Source: an uncultured delta proteobacterium (GTDB lineage Bacteria > Desulfobacterota > RBG-13-43-22). Taken from it: a DNA stretch of 64,000 bases. The DNA lies in contig CAWJJC010000028.1 of NCBI GenBank assembly GCA_963843145.1, forward strand, positions 160,001 through 224,000. The letters run 5' to 3'. The notes beneath the pieces were generated by a model, which was given only the letters and a program-made list of their open reading frames with translations, searched no databases and was not told the origin of the DNA. Shown here in pieces: positions 28,890 to 37,743 of this stretch. How positions within the stretch are numbered: the first letter of the stretch is position 1; each line of letters opens with the position of its first letter. The position numbers were made by a program, and so were the translations under genes.

Positions 28890-30778
28890 TTCTGGTATCC
28901 GGCACTGGTCAGGGCCTGTCCGATCTCGCCCAGGGTCAGCGGGTCGTCTATCGTGGAAGGCAGCGTATAGGTCTCCCCGTCGGCGATTTTCCGCATGGTT
29001 CCCCGCAGCACCTTTCCGGATCGAGTCTTGGGCAGGCGGTTTACAATCACGGCCTTTTTGAACGAGGCCACGGCACCTATATCCTGACGTACCATCTGGA
29101 TCACTTCGGCGATGATCTCCTCCGGGAGACGAGTCACGCCGGCTTTGAGGACGATAAAACCCAGGGGAACTTGGCCCTTCAGGTCGTCGGCCATCCCCAC
29201 TACGGCGCACTCGGCCACGTCGGGGTGACGGGCCAGGACCTCTTCCATGCCGCCGGTCGACAGCCGATGCCCGGCCACATTAATAACGTCGTCCACTCGC
29301 CCCATGACGAATACATACCCGTCTTCATCGATGTAACCCCCGTCCCCGGTAAGGTAATAGCCGGGATAGGGATTCATGTAGGATTCCAGAAAACGTTGAT
29401 CGTCTTTCCAGAGGGTTGGCAGGTTGGAAGGCGGTAAAGGCAGCTTGACGGCAATAATCCCGTTTTGATTGGGGCCCAGCTCCGCGCCGCTGGCGGGATC
29501 CAGAATCTTGACATCATACCCCGGCATGGGTTTAGTGGCCGAACCGGGCTTGATGGGGAACAGCTCCAGCCCCTTGAAGTTTCCGACGATGGCCCAGCCG
29601 GTTTCGGTCTGCCACCAGTGGTCGATGACCGGTTTCTTAAGCAGGTCGGTGGCCCAGTGGTAGGTATCCGGGTCGGTTCGTTCCCCGGCCAGAAACAGGG
29701 TCTCGAATTGGGAAAGGTCATATTTTTTTAGAAATTCCCCCCGCGGATCTTCCCGTTTGATGGCCCGGATCGCCGTGGGAGCCGTAAAAAGGGCCTTGAC
29801 CCGATGCTCGGCAATGACCCGCCAGAAGGCCCCGGGGTCTGGCGTTCCTACCGGCTTCCCTTCGTAGACGATCGTAGTGGCCCCAATGAACAAAGGGGCA
29901 TAGACGATGTAGGAGTGGCCTACGACCCAGCCCACATCCGAAGCGGCCCAATATACCTCACCGGGGCCGATGTCATAGATGTGCTTCATCGTCCATTTCA
30001 AGGCCACGGCGTGGCCGCCGTTATCCCGGATGATCCCTTTCGGTTTCCCGGTGGTCCCGGAGGTATAGAGGATATAGAGCGGATCGGTGGCTTCTACCGG
30101 GACGCAATCGGCAGGAACGGCCTGCGACTCAAGGTCCGCCCAGTCCCAATCTCGGCCGGATATCATTTCCGCCCGGACCTGGGGCCGTCGAAAAATTATA
30201 CAGTGCTTCGGCTGGTGGGAACTGATCTGAAGGGCTTCATCCAAGAGCGGCTTGTAGGGAATGACCCGCTGGCCTTCGATCCCACAGGAAGCGGACAGGA
30301 TCACCTTCGGCTGGGCGTCTTGGATCCGGACCGCCAGTTCCTTGGGAGCAAACCCTCCGAAAACGACAGAATGGATGGCGCCGATGCGGGCGCAGGCCAG
30401 CATGGACATCAGGGCCTCCGGGATCATGGGCATATAGATCAGGACCGTGTCCCCTTTGATTACGCCCAGGTCGGCCAAAAAACCGGCCATGCGGGCCACC
30501 CGCTCTTTTAATTCCGAATAGGTGAATTTTTTAATGGTCCCGGTCACCGGGCTGTCGTAAATGACGGCCGTTTGGTCGCCCCGACCTCGTTCCAGGTGAA
30601 CGTCCACGGCATTGAAGCAGGTGTTTAAGCGCCCCCCTGGAAACCAACGGTAAAAAGGCGCCCGGGAATCATCCAGTACTTGATCCCAGCGTTTTTCCCA
30701 GACGATGGCCTCCGCGGCCTTTCCCCAGAATGATTCCGGATTTTCTATCGATTCCTTGAACGCTTCCTGATAGGTCAT
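28886..30778 (-). CDS. prpE: propionyl-CoA / short-chain acyl-CoA synthetase
   Basis: YTSGTTGKPKG, RDNGGHAVAL, FLAGE, DHWWQTETG, PKTRSGK; RBS AGGAG before ATG 30778. Confidence 0.85.
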   Translation of the reverse strand: MTYQEAFKESIENPESFWGKAAEAIVWEKRWDQVLDDSRAPFYRWFPGGRLNTCFNAVDVHLERGRGDQTAVIYDSPVTGTIKKFTYSELKERVARMAGFLADLGVIKGDTVLIYMPMIPEALMSMLACARIGAIHSVVFGGFAPKELAVRIQDAQPKVILSASCGIEGQRVIPYKPLLDEALQISSHQPKHCIIFRRPQVRAEMISGRDWDWADLESQAVPADCVPVEATDPLYILYTSGTTGKPKGIIRDNGGHAVALKWTMKHIYDIGPGEVYWAASDVGWVVGHSYIVYAPLFIGATTIVYEGKPVGTPDPGAFWRVIAEHRVKALFTAPTAIRAIKREDPRGEFLKKYDLSQFETLFLAGERTDPDTYHWATDLLKKPVIDHWWQTETGWAIVGNFKGLELFPIKPGSATKPMPGYDVKILDPASGAELGPNQNGIIAVKLPLPPSNLPTLWKDDQRFLESYMNPYPGYYLTGDGGYIDEDGYVFVMGRVDDVINVAGHRLSTGGMEEVLARHPDVAECAVVGMADDLKGQVPLGFIVLKAGVTRLPEEIIAEVIQMVRQDIGAVASFKKAVIVNRLPKTRSGKVLRGTMRKIADGETYTLPSTIDDPLTLGEIGQALTSAGYQK

Positions 30779-31343
30779 AGGTTCTCCTTGATTTAATTCC
30801 TTTGGAAATGACTTTAAAGGTTTCCGTGCCGGCCCTTTCCAGCAGTTGGAATAGTACCGTTTCCGTACCGGTAATAACGGCCCCGGCCTGCCGCAGCCAT
30901 TCGATACCGATTTTAAAGTTATCTTTGGTCCGGGAACAGACGGCATCCTGCACCACCTGGACCGTATACCCGGCCAACATCAAACCCAACGCGGTCTGCA
31001 ACACGCAGATGTGGGTTTCCATACCGGTCAAAATGATCCGCGTCCTCCGGCTGGCCGCCACCTTTTCAATGAACCCTATCTCTCGGCAACAGTCGAAGGC
31101 CGTTTTTTCAAACCGTTCGTGGGCCGGAAGGGCTTCTTGGATTTCCTCCAGGGTCGGTCCCAATCCTCGGGGATATTGCTCGGTTACCAGGATCGGGATC
31201 TGAAGCAACTTGGCCAGTTCGATCAGATGAAGGCAATTTTCCACCACCTCCGCTTTCTTCTTCATGGCAGAGGCCAACTTCTCTTGGATATCGATGAGGA
31301 CTAGTAACACTTCACTATTTCTTAAAAGGTACTTATCGTTCAT
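30669..31343 (-). CDS. isochorismatase-family cysteine hydrolase (YcaC/ISOC-like)
   Basis: LIDIQEKL, TEQYPRGLGPT, EKTAF, GMETHICVLQT; C-terminus reads ~110 nt into the prpE start region. Confidence 0.85.
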   Translation of the reverse strand: MNDKYLLRNSEVLLVLIDIQEKLASAMKKKAEVVENCLHLIELAKLLQIPILVTEQYPRGLGPTLEEIQEALPAHERFEKTAFDCCREIGFIEKVAASRRTRIILTGMETHICVLQTALGLMLAGYTVQVVQDAVCSRTKDNFKIGIEWLRQAGAVITGTETVLFQLLERAGTETFKVISKGIKSRRTYDLSGSVQGIDRKSGIILGKGRGGHRLGKTLGSSTG

Positions 31344-31519
31344 ACACGTTCTTTCCCTAAGTCAATGGGTGAGGGGCAAACAGGAGGGATCTGGTTTGAT
31401 CCGTAATCCCCCCTGTTTGCCGGAGGAGAAGAGACGAGAAGGCCGGTCGACACCACTCGACCGGTACCTCGCCTCCGGTGGGGACGATATTAAACCAAAA
31501 GGATTCTTCATTCTGCAAT

Positions 31520-31585
31520 TCCAGGGTGGCGCTGGGGCCGATCACCTGGCGTACGTGGGCCACCAGGCTTTTTCAGTTCGGGAGA
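31520..31585 (-). pseudogene. micro-remnant of an acetyl-CoA synthetase C-terminal domain
   Basis: SPELKK, frameshift, then LVAHVRQVIGPSAT resembles the ACS segment preceding the terminal lysine motif. Confidence 0.4.
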
Positions 31586-31610
31586 AATAATTATACATCT
31601 GAACGGCGTC

Positions 31611-33659
31611 TTATACCCCGGATTCCTTATTCATCTTGAGAATGGCCTCGACGATTTCAGGATTGGCCAGGGTCATCACATCGCCGACATCCGTGTGGTT
31701 GGAAATAGCGCCCAGTACACGACGCATGATCTTTCCCGACCGGGTCTTGGGCATGTCAGCGACAATCCATACCTTTCTCGGCCTGGCGATGGCACCGATT
31801 TCCTTGACGATACACTGGGATATGGCTTTGGCCAGTTCATCAGAGGCTGTTCTGCCGGGTTTCAAGGCGATATACAGATCCGGTTCCTTGCCTTTGACCT
31901 CATGCTTCACCGGAACAACGGCCGCCTCGGCCACATCCGGGTGGGTCAAAGCCGCGGACTCAATCTCCTTGGTCCCCAGTCGGTGACCGGAAACATTGAT
32001 CACATCGTCAATTCTACCGAGGATGCGGACATAACCGTCCTCAGCCACCACCGCGGCATCACCGGTCAGATATGGCCAATCCTGCCACCGCTTGCTCTTT
32101 GGGTCTTTGCAGTATCTTTCAAAATAAGTCTTGACAAAACGGTCGCGGTCTCCCCAGATGGTCTGGAACATGCCGGGCCACGGGTTTTGGATGCAGATGT
32201 TGCCGGCCTTGCCTGATCCTGCTGGAACGACGTTGCCGTCATTGTCATAAACGATCGGATGGATACCGGGCATACCCGGGCCGGCACTGCCGGGCTTCAT
32301 GGGCTTAATGGCCGGGAGGGTGCTGCACAGGAAACCGCCGTTTTCGGTCTGCCACCAGGTATCCACAATGATCGCCTCGCCTTTGCCGACCTCCTTATAA
32401 TACCATCTCCAGACTTCAGGCTCAATCGGCTCACCCACGGTGGTCATATGCTTGAAGTGATAATTGTATTTCTTCGGCTCGTCAGGACCGACCTTTCTTA
32501 GTGCCCGGATGGCCGTCGGTGCGGTGTGGAATATATTCACGTCGAGGTCCTGAGCAATCCTCCAGGATCGGCCGGCATCCGGATAGGTAGGGACGCCTTC
32601 ATAAATAACCGTGGAGGCCGCTAAGGCCAGCGGACCATAAACAATGTAGGAATGGCCCGTAATCCAGCCGATGTCCGCCATACACCAGTAAACGTCTTCC
32701 GGATGAATATCCTGAACGTATTTCGAGGTGCCGGTGACATACGCCAGATAACCCCCGGTACTGTGCTGGGCGCCTTTGGGCTTTCCGGTGGTGCCGCTGG
32801 TATACATGAGAAACAGCGGCGCTTCCGCGGGCATCTTGACCGGCTCAATCCGGGCGCCGTAATACTTTTTCAGCAGGTCATTGACAAAAAAGTCGCGCCC
32901 TTCCACCATCGGGATCTTCGAAGAATACTTGCCGGGATAGCGCTGCCAGACCAGGACCTTTTTGACCTGCTGTCCGTCTTTGGCCGCCTCGGCCAGGGCA
33001 ATATCCGCCTTTTCTTTATGTTCTTGAAGCTGGCCGGATCGATAATAGGCGTCCATCGTGATCAGGTATTCACTTCCCGAGTCCACGATCCGGTCGGCGC
33101 AGGCCCTGGCGCTGAACCCGCCGAAGACCTGAGAATGAATAACGCCCAGTCTGGCGCAGGCCAGCATCGTGATGGGTAGTTCGGCCACCATGGGCAAATG
33201 CAGGGTGACCCGGTCCCCGGCCTTCAGTCCGCATTCATTCTGCAGGATGGCGGCAAACTCATTCACCCGGACATACAACTCCTGGTAGGTGACATGCTCG
33301 GTCTTCTCATTCTCCAGCTCCGGGACGAAGTGGATCGCGGTTTTGTTCTTATACTGGGCCAGATGCCGGTCAATACAGTTGTAGCTGGCATTGATCAAGC
33401 CGCCCTTAAACCATTTGTAACAGGGGGCATCACTGGTATCGAGGATTTCGTCCCAGTACTTGTACCAGGTCAGCATATCGGCATATTCTTTGAAACAGTT
33501 GGGAAAATTTTCCAATGAAAAACGATCATAGATCGATTCATCGGTCATGTTGGCCTGGGCAATGAACTTCACCGAAGGATAAACCAACCCTTCTTCCTGC
33601 CAATGCACCGCTATTTCAGCTTCGGACGCTTCAACGCCTTTTTCTTCTTTTTCAGCCAT
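31611..33659 (-). CDS. acs: acetyl-CoA synthetase
   Basis: YTSGTTGKPKG, DIGWITGHSYIVYGPL, VGEPI, DTWWQTE, PKTRSGKIMRR. Confidence 0.95.
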   Translation of the reverse strand: MAEKEEKGVEASEAEIAVHWQEEGLVYPSVKFIAQANMTDESIYDRFSLENFPNCFKEYADMLTWYKYWDEILDTSDAPCYKWFKGGLINASYNCIDRHLAQYKNKTAIHFVPELENEKTEHVTYQELYVRVNEFAAILQNECGLKAGDRVTLHLPMVAELPITMLACARLGVIHSQVFGGFSARACADRIVDSGSEYLITMDAYYRSGQLQEHKEKADIALAEAAKDGQQVKKVLVWQRYPGKYSSKIPMVEGRDFFVNDLLKKYYGARIEPVKMPAEAPLFLMYTSGTTGKPKGAQHSTGGYLAYVTGTSKYVQDIHPEDVYWCMADIGWITGHSYIVYGPLALAASTVIYEGVPTYPDAGRSWRIAQDLDVNIFHTAPTAIRALRKVGPDEPKKYNYHFKHMTTVGEPIEPEVWRWYYKEVGKGEAIIVDTWWQTENGGFLCSTLPAIKPMKPGSAGPGMPGIHPIVYDNDGNVVPAGSGKAGNICIQNPWPGMFQTIWGDRDRFVKTYFERYCKDPKSKRWQDWPYLTGDAAVVAEDGYVRILGRIDDVINVSGHRLGTKEIESAALTHPDVAEAAVVPVKHEVKGKEPDLYIALKPGRTASDELAKAISQCIVKEIGAIARPRKVWIVADMPKTRSGKIMRRVLGAISNHTDVGDVMTLANPEIVEAILKMNKESGV

Positions 33660-33970
33660 AGTTTTTTTCACTCCTTTTTATATTTTTTTCAGGCTCTAAA
33701 TTAACGCCTTACCAAATTTTCTCGCTTGCTCGTTTTACCCTTCTTCCCCTCACAACACTGACACCGTAGTCCTACTGGTTTAATCACCATTTCCGTTTTG
33801 TTTACTTCTCCCTCGCGGGGGAGGGTGATACGCTGTTCAGTGATGGATGATAAATTTCACAAACAGGTTGCGCATCCGTAAAGAAAAGAGATTTTCGGAT
33901 GAAAGCTATCAGCGATCAGCCTTTAGAGAGAGACAGAAAGCAATAGTCTAGGCTGATGGCTAAGAGCTAT

Positions 33971-34009
33971 TCGTTCCATCCGGAAACAGGTCGTTTCCGG
34001 ATGGAACGA
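33971..34009. terminator. perfect 17-bp hairpin just after actP
   Basis: TCGTTCCATCCGGAAAC-AGGTC-GTTTCCGGATGGAACGA; no strong U tail, so it may be a stabilising stem instead. Confidence 0.5.
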
Positions 34010-34030
34010 TGTTAATGAGCGGATTACCTG

Positions 34031-35575
34031 TTACTCCGAGCCCACACCCAGATAGGTCCTGACCAGGGTTCCTTCAAACTTGGCCTCGGCCTCCTTATCC
34101 GGCGCCACAATAGAAACGATCCAAGCGGCTAGAAAGGCCAGGGTCATGGTCAAAATAGCCGGATTCCGTAAGGGAAAGATGGCTTCTTTGTGCTTAAGGA
34201 CATCGACCCACACAGTAGGACTGAGGATAATGCAAATCACGGCGGACACCGAGCCGACGACAATTGCCGCAAACGCCCCCCAGGTAGTGAGTTTCTTCCA
34301 GACGATGGACAGGAAAATAGCTGGAAAAGGGCCGCTGCAGGCAATGCCAAAGGTCAGGCCGACCATATAGGCCACATTCTGACCCTTAAAGGCGATCCCG
34401 GTCAGAATGGCGATTATGCCAAAAATGACGGTGGCCATTTTTGCCACTTTGACCTGTTCACTCTCAGTGGATTTTCCACCCTTAAAGACATTCAGATAGA
34501 TGTCATGGGCCATGGCCGAAGCCGCGGCCAGGGTCAAACCGGACACTACGGCCAGGATGGTGGCAAAGGCCACGGCGGCGATAAAGCCCATGAAAGGATT
34601 CCCCCCCAGAAGTTCGGCCAGGAGCGGGGCAGCCATGTTGCCGCCCTTATCGATTTTGGTGATCAGGTCTTTGCCCACCAGTACAGCGGCGGAAAAACCG
34701 ACAATGGGGATGATACAGTAGAAATAGCCGATCAAGGTGGTGGCCCACATAACCGACTTGCGGGCCGCCTTGGCATCGGGCACGGTGTAGAAACGCATCA
34801 GAATATGGGGCAGGCCCAGGAGGCCGAGCATGAGGGCCAGGCCCAGAGAAATGGCGTCTAAGGGATTTTTGACCAGACCGCCCGGATTGAGCATCTTGAC
34901 GCTGTACATTTTCTGAACTTCCCCATAAAGGACCCCGGGGTTAAAGTTGAAATGGGACATGCCGATCAGCATCAGGACCGTCACCCCGCCCAGGAGCAAA
35001 CAGGCCTTGATGATCTGAACCCAGGTGGTGGCGATCATCCCGCCGAAGAGGACGTACATGAGCATAACCACCCCGACGAATATCTCCGCCACCTCATAAG
35101 GCATCCCGAACATCAACTTGATCAGGACGCCGGCCCCGACCATCTGAGCCGTGGCATAAGTCCATAAGACCAGGATGCCGCCAATGGCTGCGGCGATGCG
35201 GATGGGTCCTTGTTTCAAACGATAGGCCACCACGTCGGCAAAAGTATATTTCCCTAAGTTCCGCAGGGGTTCGGCCATCAGAAACATCAGGGCCGGCCAG
35301 CCTACCAGCCAACCCAGGGCATAAATCATGCCGTCATAGCCTTTCAAGGCGGTCATGCCGCAAATACCCAGGAAAGAGGCGGCCGACATATAGTCCCCGG
35401 CCAGAGCGATGCCGTTCTGGAAGCCGGTAATACTCCGACCGGCAGCATAATATTCTTTGGTGGTCTTGGTCCGTTTGGCCGCCCAATAGGTAATGACCAA
35501 AGTAAAAGCTATAAAGACAACAAAAAATATGATCGCCGTGGCATTGGTTTCCCCTATACCAGTTGTTCCTCCCAT
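34031..35575 (-). CDS. actP: cation/acetate symporter (SSS family)
   Basis: NGIALAGDYMSAASFLG, GGMIATTWVQIIKA, GLPHILMRFYTVPDAK, AVAFATILAVV. Confidence 0.92.
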   Translation of the reverse strand: MGGTTGIGETNATAIIFFVVFIAFTLVITYWAAKRTKTTKEYYAAGRSITGFQNGIALAGDYMSAASFLGICGMTALKGYDGMIYALGWLVGWPALMFLMAEPLRNLGKYTFADVVAYRLKQGPIRIAAAIGGILVLWTYATAQMVGAGVLIKLMFGMPYEVAEIFVGVVMLMYVLFGGMIATTWVQIIKACLLLGGVTVLMLIGMSHFNFNPGVLYGEVQKMYSVKMLNPGGLVKNPLDAISLGLALMLGLLGLPHILMRFYTVPDAKAARKSVMWATTLIGYFYCIIPIVGFSAAVLVGKDLITKIDKGGNMAAPLLAELLGGNPFMGFIAAVAFATILAVVSGLTLAAASAMAHDIYLNVFKGGKSTESEQVKVAKMATVIFGIIAILTGIAFKGQNVAYMVGLTFGIACSGPFPAIFLSIVWKKLTTWGAFAAIVVGSVSAVICIILSPTVWVDVLKHKEAIFPLRNPAILTMTLAFLAAWIVSIVAPDKEAEAKFEGTLVRTYLGVGSE

Positions 35576-35585
35576 AATAACCTCC

Positions 35586-35885
35586 TTATCCCATCGTTTG
35601 TTTAATGGAATCGACTTCTTTGTCGTAAACGTTATTGGCCCAGACAACATAAATCGCGGTCAATATCCAGGCAATCACAATACCACCGACCCCGAAGAGG
35701 ATTCCCCAGTTGGTAAATTCGCCCACTTTTTGGCTGAGGAATTCCGGCCCATAGGCGATAGTCAGAATAATCCCGTAATAGCTGGCAAAGAGCAGGATGG
35801 TCAGGATGATACTGATGCTCCACCTTTTCCTGACCAAGGCTTTGAACCTATCTGAAGTGACAATTTCATGCGCGGTCTTACCCAT
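35586..35885 (-). CDS. DUF485 (YjcH-like) small membrane protein
   Basis: FKALVRKR, two TM helices, IYVVWANNVYD; lies directly upstream of actP. Confidence 0.88.
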   Translation of the reverse strand: MGKTAHEIVTSDRFKALVRKRWSISIILTILLFASYYGIILTIAYGPEFLSQKVGEFTNWGILFGVGGIVIAWILTAIYVVWANNVYDKEVDSIKQTMG

Positions 35886-35905
35886 AACCTTCCCTCCTTT
35901 TAGTT

Positions 35906-36631
35906 TTAGAAATTACTGATTAGTGTCGGCGCCCGGAATCGATCCTCACCTCCTTTGTAGGGGTCGCCAATAGTTACTATATCTGCCAGAGTATGGACCC
36001 CCGACCTTTCCAACCAGGGGAGTAATCGTTGAAATACCTGGGCCGTAAGAAAGGCATCCATCAGGGCGTTATGGGCGCCGCCGATGGGGATGTCGAAAGC
36101 CTTGGCCATTTCGAATAAATCCGGTTTGAGAGGCAGATGGCCGAAAAAGTTTTCGGAAGACCATCTCCGCCAAAGCCACTGATAGAGGATAAAGGTATCC
36201 AGGGCCGGGTTGGTCAACAGGGATCCAAGCCAACGCTTCGTTTCCCGGTTAATAAAATCCAGATCGATGGCCGTGAAGTGACCCACGATCACGTCATCCC
36301 CGCAGAATTTCAGGAATTCCGGGAGGACCGTCTGGATTTCTTTTTCCTGGCTGACTTCCGAGGGTGTAATTTCGTGAACGGCAATCGCGGCATGGCCCAT
36401 CGGGCTGGTGGGTTTCACTAAACTGTAAAACTGATTCCCGAGTTCAATGCGGGCCCGGTTCATCTTCACGGCCCCGATGGAGAGGATCGAATCCCGCTTC
36501 TCATCCAGGCCGGTGAGTTCAGTGTCCACAAAGACATAGGGCACATCCCTTAAGGGACATTGAAAATATCCGGATCCGAAAGAGACCGTTCCGGGTTTGG
36601 AGACCGATTTCTTGAAAAAACTAAATTTCAT
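35906..36631 (-). CDS. DEDDh 3'-5' exonuclease (DNA pol III epsilon-like)
   Basis: DTELTGLD, VGHF..ID, HNALMDA. Confidence 0.88.
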   Translation of the reverse strand: MKFSFFKKSVSKPGTVSFGSGYFQCPLRDVPYVFVDTELTGLDEKRDSILSIGAVKMNRARIELGNQFYSLVKPTSPMGHAAIAVHEITPSEVSQEKEIQTVLPEFLKFCGDDVIVGHFTAIDLDFINRETKRWLGSLLTNPALDTFILYQWLWRRWSSENFFGHLPLKPDLFEMAKAFDIPIGGAHNALMDAFLTAQVFQRLLPWLERSGVHTLADIVTIGDPYKGGEDRFRAPTLISNF

Positions 36632-36773
36632 TTGGGCGCAGGGCCGTACCTATAGTTTTCGCCGAAACCCCGGGGCCTGGTCCTCTCTATGACCCGGTCC
36701 CGGGAATTCAGGCTGATCTAGGAATCTGTTTAGTAATGAATAGGGGGATTCTAATCTGGCTGTGAGGTGTGGT

Positions 36774-37088
36774 TTAACAGCGAAGTGCAAATAGACTGCT
36801 TTTAGGGAGAGAGAAAATGACCGAGGAGGAACGCCATTTTCTAAAAAAAGAAAATGCTAAAATCAACAAAACAAGTATCAGGGGATTGATAACAATCAGC
36901 CCTTCACAATCGTTGGCTAGATTTATGGAAAGTGAATTCTCAAAACAAGGGTCGCTACTATAAGAATACTCATCACTGGATGCCGTGGAAGCGTCCAATG
37001 GGGAAAGAAAGCAGAAAAATACAAAACAGAAGATGATCGAAATAGAGGTCGATTTGTTTAGGAAAGGTTTGATTTTCATCATAGGCAT
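36774..37088 (-). CDS. hypothetical small AT-rich membrane protein
   Basis: Two hydrophobic stretches, ends LFALRC; first ORF after the sigma-54 promoter. Confidence 0.4.
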   Translation of the reverse strand: MPMMKIKPFLNKSTSISIIFCFVFFCFLSPLDASTASSDEYSYSSDPCFENSLSINLANDCEGLIVINPLILVLLILAFSFFRKWRSSSVIFSLPKSSLFALRC

Positions 37089-37211
37089 TTGTTCAAAATG
37101 GGGGGCCGCGGTTTTATCGGGCCATGACGCCGGTCGAAATATGGCCCTATTCCATTGTCTCGGGAGCTTACGGGCTGTACTTGCTATTCATGATTTATGC
37201 ATCATGAGTTA

Positions 37212-37226
37212 GCAAGCATAATGCCA
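37212..37226 (-). promoter_or_regulatory. sigma-54 (-24/-12) promoter of the acetate operon
   Basis: Minus strand TGGCATTATGCTTGC matches TGGCAC-N5-TTGC spacing; IHF consensus TAACGAATTGATT at 37256-37268. Confidence 0.75.
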
Positions 37227-37542
37227 GGGAAGCCTTCCAATTCGAATTAATTAGTTAACGAATTGATTTTTATCGTTTTATATTTATTTGACCACCTAGT
37301 TTTGTCTTTGGGATGGAAAGTATAACTGGAAAATAGATGTTACTTTTTGTATCATTTTATTGAATTAATATAAATTTTTTATATATATTAATTAGTTAAA
37401 CGATATTACCATAAGTGACAACGGCCAATCGTTTATGGGTAAAAAAGTAACAAAAAATAGAAAGAAGGCATTATCTTTGGACTGAATAGCAAATGATTAT
37501 TGCTTGACAGAAGCCGGATAATGCTAATTAAGGGGCTTTTGA

Positions 37543-37738
37543 AGCCCCAAATGCGTTTGGTTGAGACGCACTGGGTGAGAGGGCTGGTCCGGACTCGAGG
37601 AAGTGACTTGGATCAATAGTTCTGCGAATGGCCTTGTTGAAAACCTATTCCAGGTTGGGGAAAACAGGCCCTGACGAATCCGGAAGAAATTTGAACTTTC
37701 CGCAACCCCCAGGGCCTCAAGGGCCGACGGCTTGGGCT
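37543..37738 (+). ncRNA. ssrS: probable 6S RNA
   Basis: About 196 nt after a TTGACA promoter; ends pair (AGCCC..TTGAG..CTGGG with CCCAG..CTCAA..GGGCT); inner stems TCCGGACTCG/CGAATCCGGA and GGCCTTGTT/AACAGGCC; apical AACCT/AGGTT; rod with large internal bubbles. Confidence 0.55.
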
Positions 37739-37743
37739 AGGTC

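Noticed and set aside
28890-29210. N-terminal extension of the DUF294 ORF
   Set aside because: Alternative frame of the prpE 3' end; the coupled start at 28889 fits better.
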